Positions 63,010 through 64,000 of a DNA stretch of 64,000 bases are shown here, piece after piece. The notes under the pieces are model-generated. The model had not been told where the DNA came from, did no database searches, and was given only the letters and a program-made list of their open reading frames with translations. Source of the DNA: Amphiscolops sp. MND2022 (Eukaryota); assembly GCA_964187785.1 (NCBI GenBank), contig OZ076409.1, forward strand, positions 20,028,001-20,092,000, read 5' to 3'. The translations under genes and the position numbers were made by a program. Each line of letters starts with the position of its first letter. Positions within the stretch are counted from its first letter, which is position 1.

Positions 63010-64000
63010 TTTGTGAAACTTGTGATAGAAAATTTGTCAATCGATTGGGTTTAAATAGCCATCTCCGATCACAGATGCATCAATGTACCTCGAAAAAAAA
63101 CGAAGAGTTGCTTGCCCTCAATGTGATAAAACATTCTCTTGTCGACAAAATATGAATCGCCACACTCGAGAAATTCACAATTACATGGGACATAAATCGG
63201 TGGAACAGTGCTTTCTGTGTTCCTTCATAACGAAATGCATTCTGCATTTGTTTTCACATTCCAAAAATGTGCATAACAAAAACATCCATTGATTTGTTCG
63301 TTTTGCGTTACAACCTTTGGAGACACTGAGTCTCTTTATAGTCATCAGAAAGAAGTGCATGATTTGCCTCGCCCTATAACAGCACTAAATTATGGTGATA
63401 AACAACCCACGATTACAGCCAACAACGCTACCACACCAACTACAAAGCAGCGACTCAAAGACCACAATTGCTTTATGTACGGTTTAGCTACAGTGTGGCA
63501 TCGAAAGGTTGGATCAGCACTCCTCCCATCCGGACAACACCCACAACTCAAACGAACTGATCCCAGAAAATGCTCGGAAGCTAACCCTATTGCTCATTAA
63601 CCAAGGGATGAAATTGACATGCCTCTGGGTCTCGGACAAATTCCACGATTCGAAGAAATCAAAAAGTGCAGAACCAACCTTTTTCAGTAAGTAACTTTGA
63701 TTATCAAAGTCAGTTCATACTTTTGGATTTTAAAAACCGGAAAAGATCAGATATGGCGTTGTAAAAACTTTTCGAACCGATGAACATTTCATGCATTGCG
63801 AAGTTTCGTTATGTTTACAGATTCGAAGACCAATCAATTTTACCTGTTCGTGGTTCAAATAAAATTGGGAATCTTCTTGACGTCGACTTGCTGCTGTTGG
63901 AGGATGGCTTCACACATCACTATGTTCTAATAACCAATCTCAAAGCTTTGATTTGCACTGTGAAAAAATTAACAAACAACTATAAAGAGATATTCTGCGC
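63010..64000 (+). pseudogene. Disrupted C2H2 zinc-finger array followed by a Polinton/adintovirus pPolB-like N-terminal region (runs off the window)
   Basis: Four C2H2 motifs at 63010-63360; DHNCFMYGLATVWH; PMNISCIAKF...VDLLLLEDGFTHHYVLITNLKALI...IFC. Confidence 0.6.

Overview
Eukaryotic (animal-type), AT-rich, transposon-dominated window with one 200-N gap (21388-21587). The only clear host gene is a two-coding-exon KANSL1/NSL1 homologue (40495-43082, +). The rest is nested mobile DNA: several CR1/L2-type LINEs (one with an uninterrupted 946-aa ORF2), three decayed Gypsy copies, a 4-unit tandem array made from two tail-to-tail LINE 3' ends, a Helentron-associated (HINE/DINE-1-like) element, foldback MITEs with shared cores, and a Polinton/adintovirus-like remnant at the right edge. 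The standout is a full-length 14.1-kb Ty3/Gypsy element (47367-61493, -). It has ~3.15-kb LTRs, a 5-bp TSD, a tRNA-Asn-type PBS, a UUUAAAC -1 frameshift site with a predicted three-stem pseudoknot, and a TARG1/OARD1-type macrodomain between RNase H and integrase. All family calls come from motif recognition by eye; no database searches were run.
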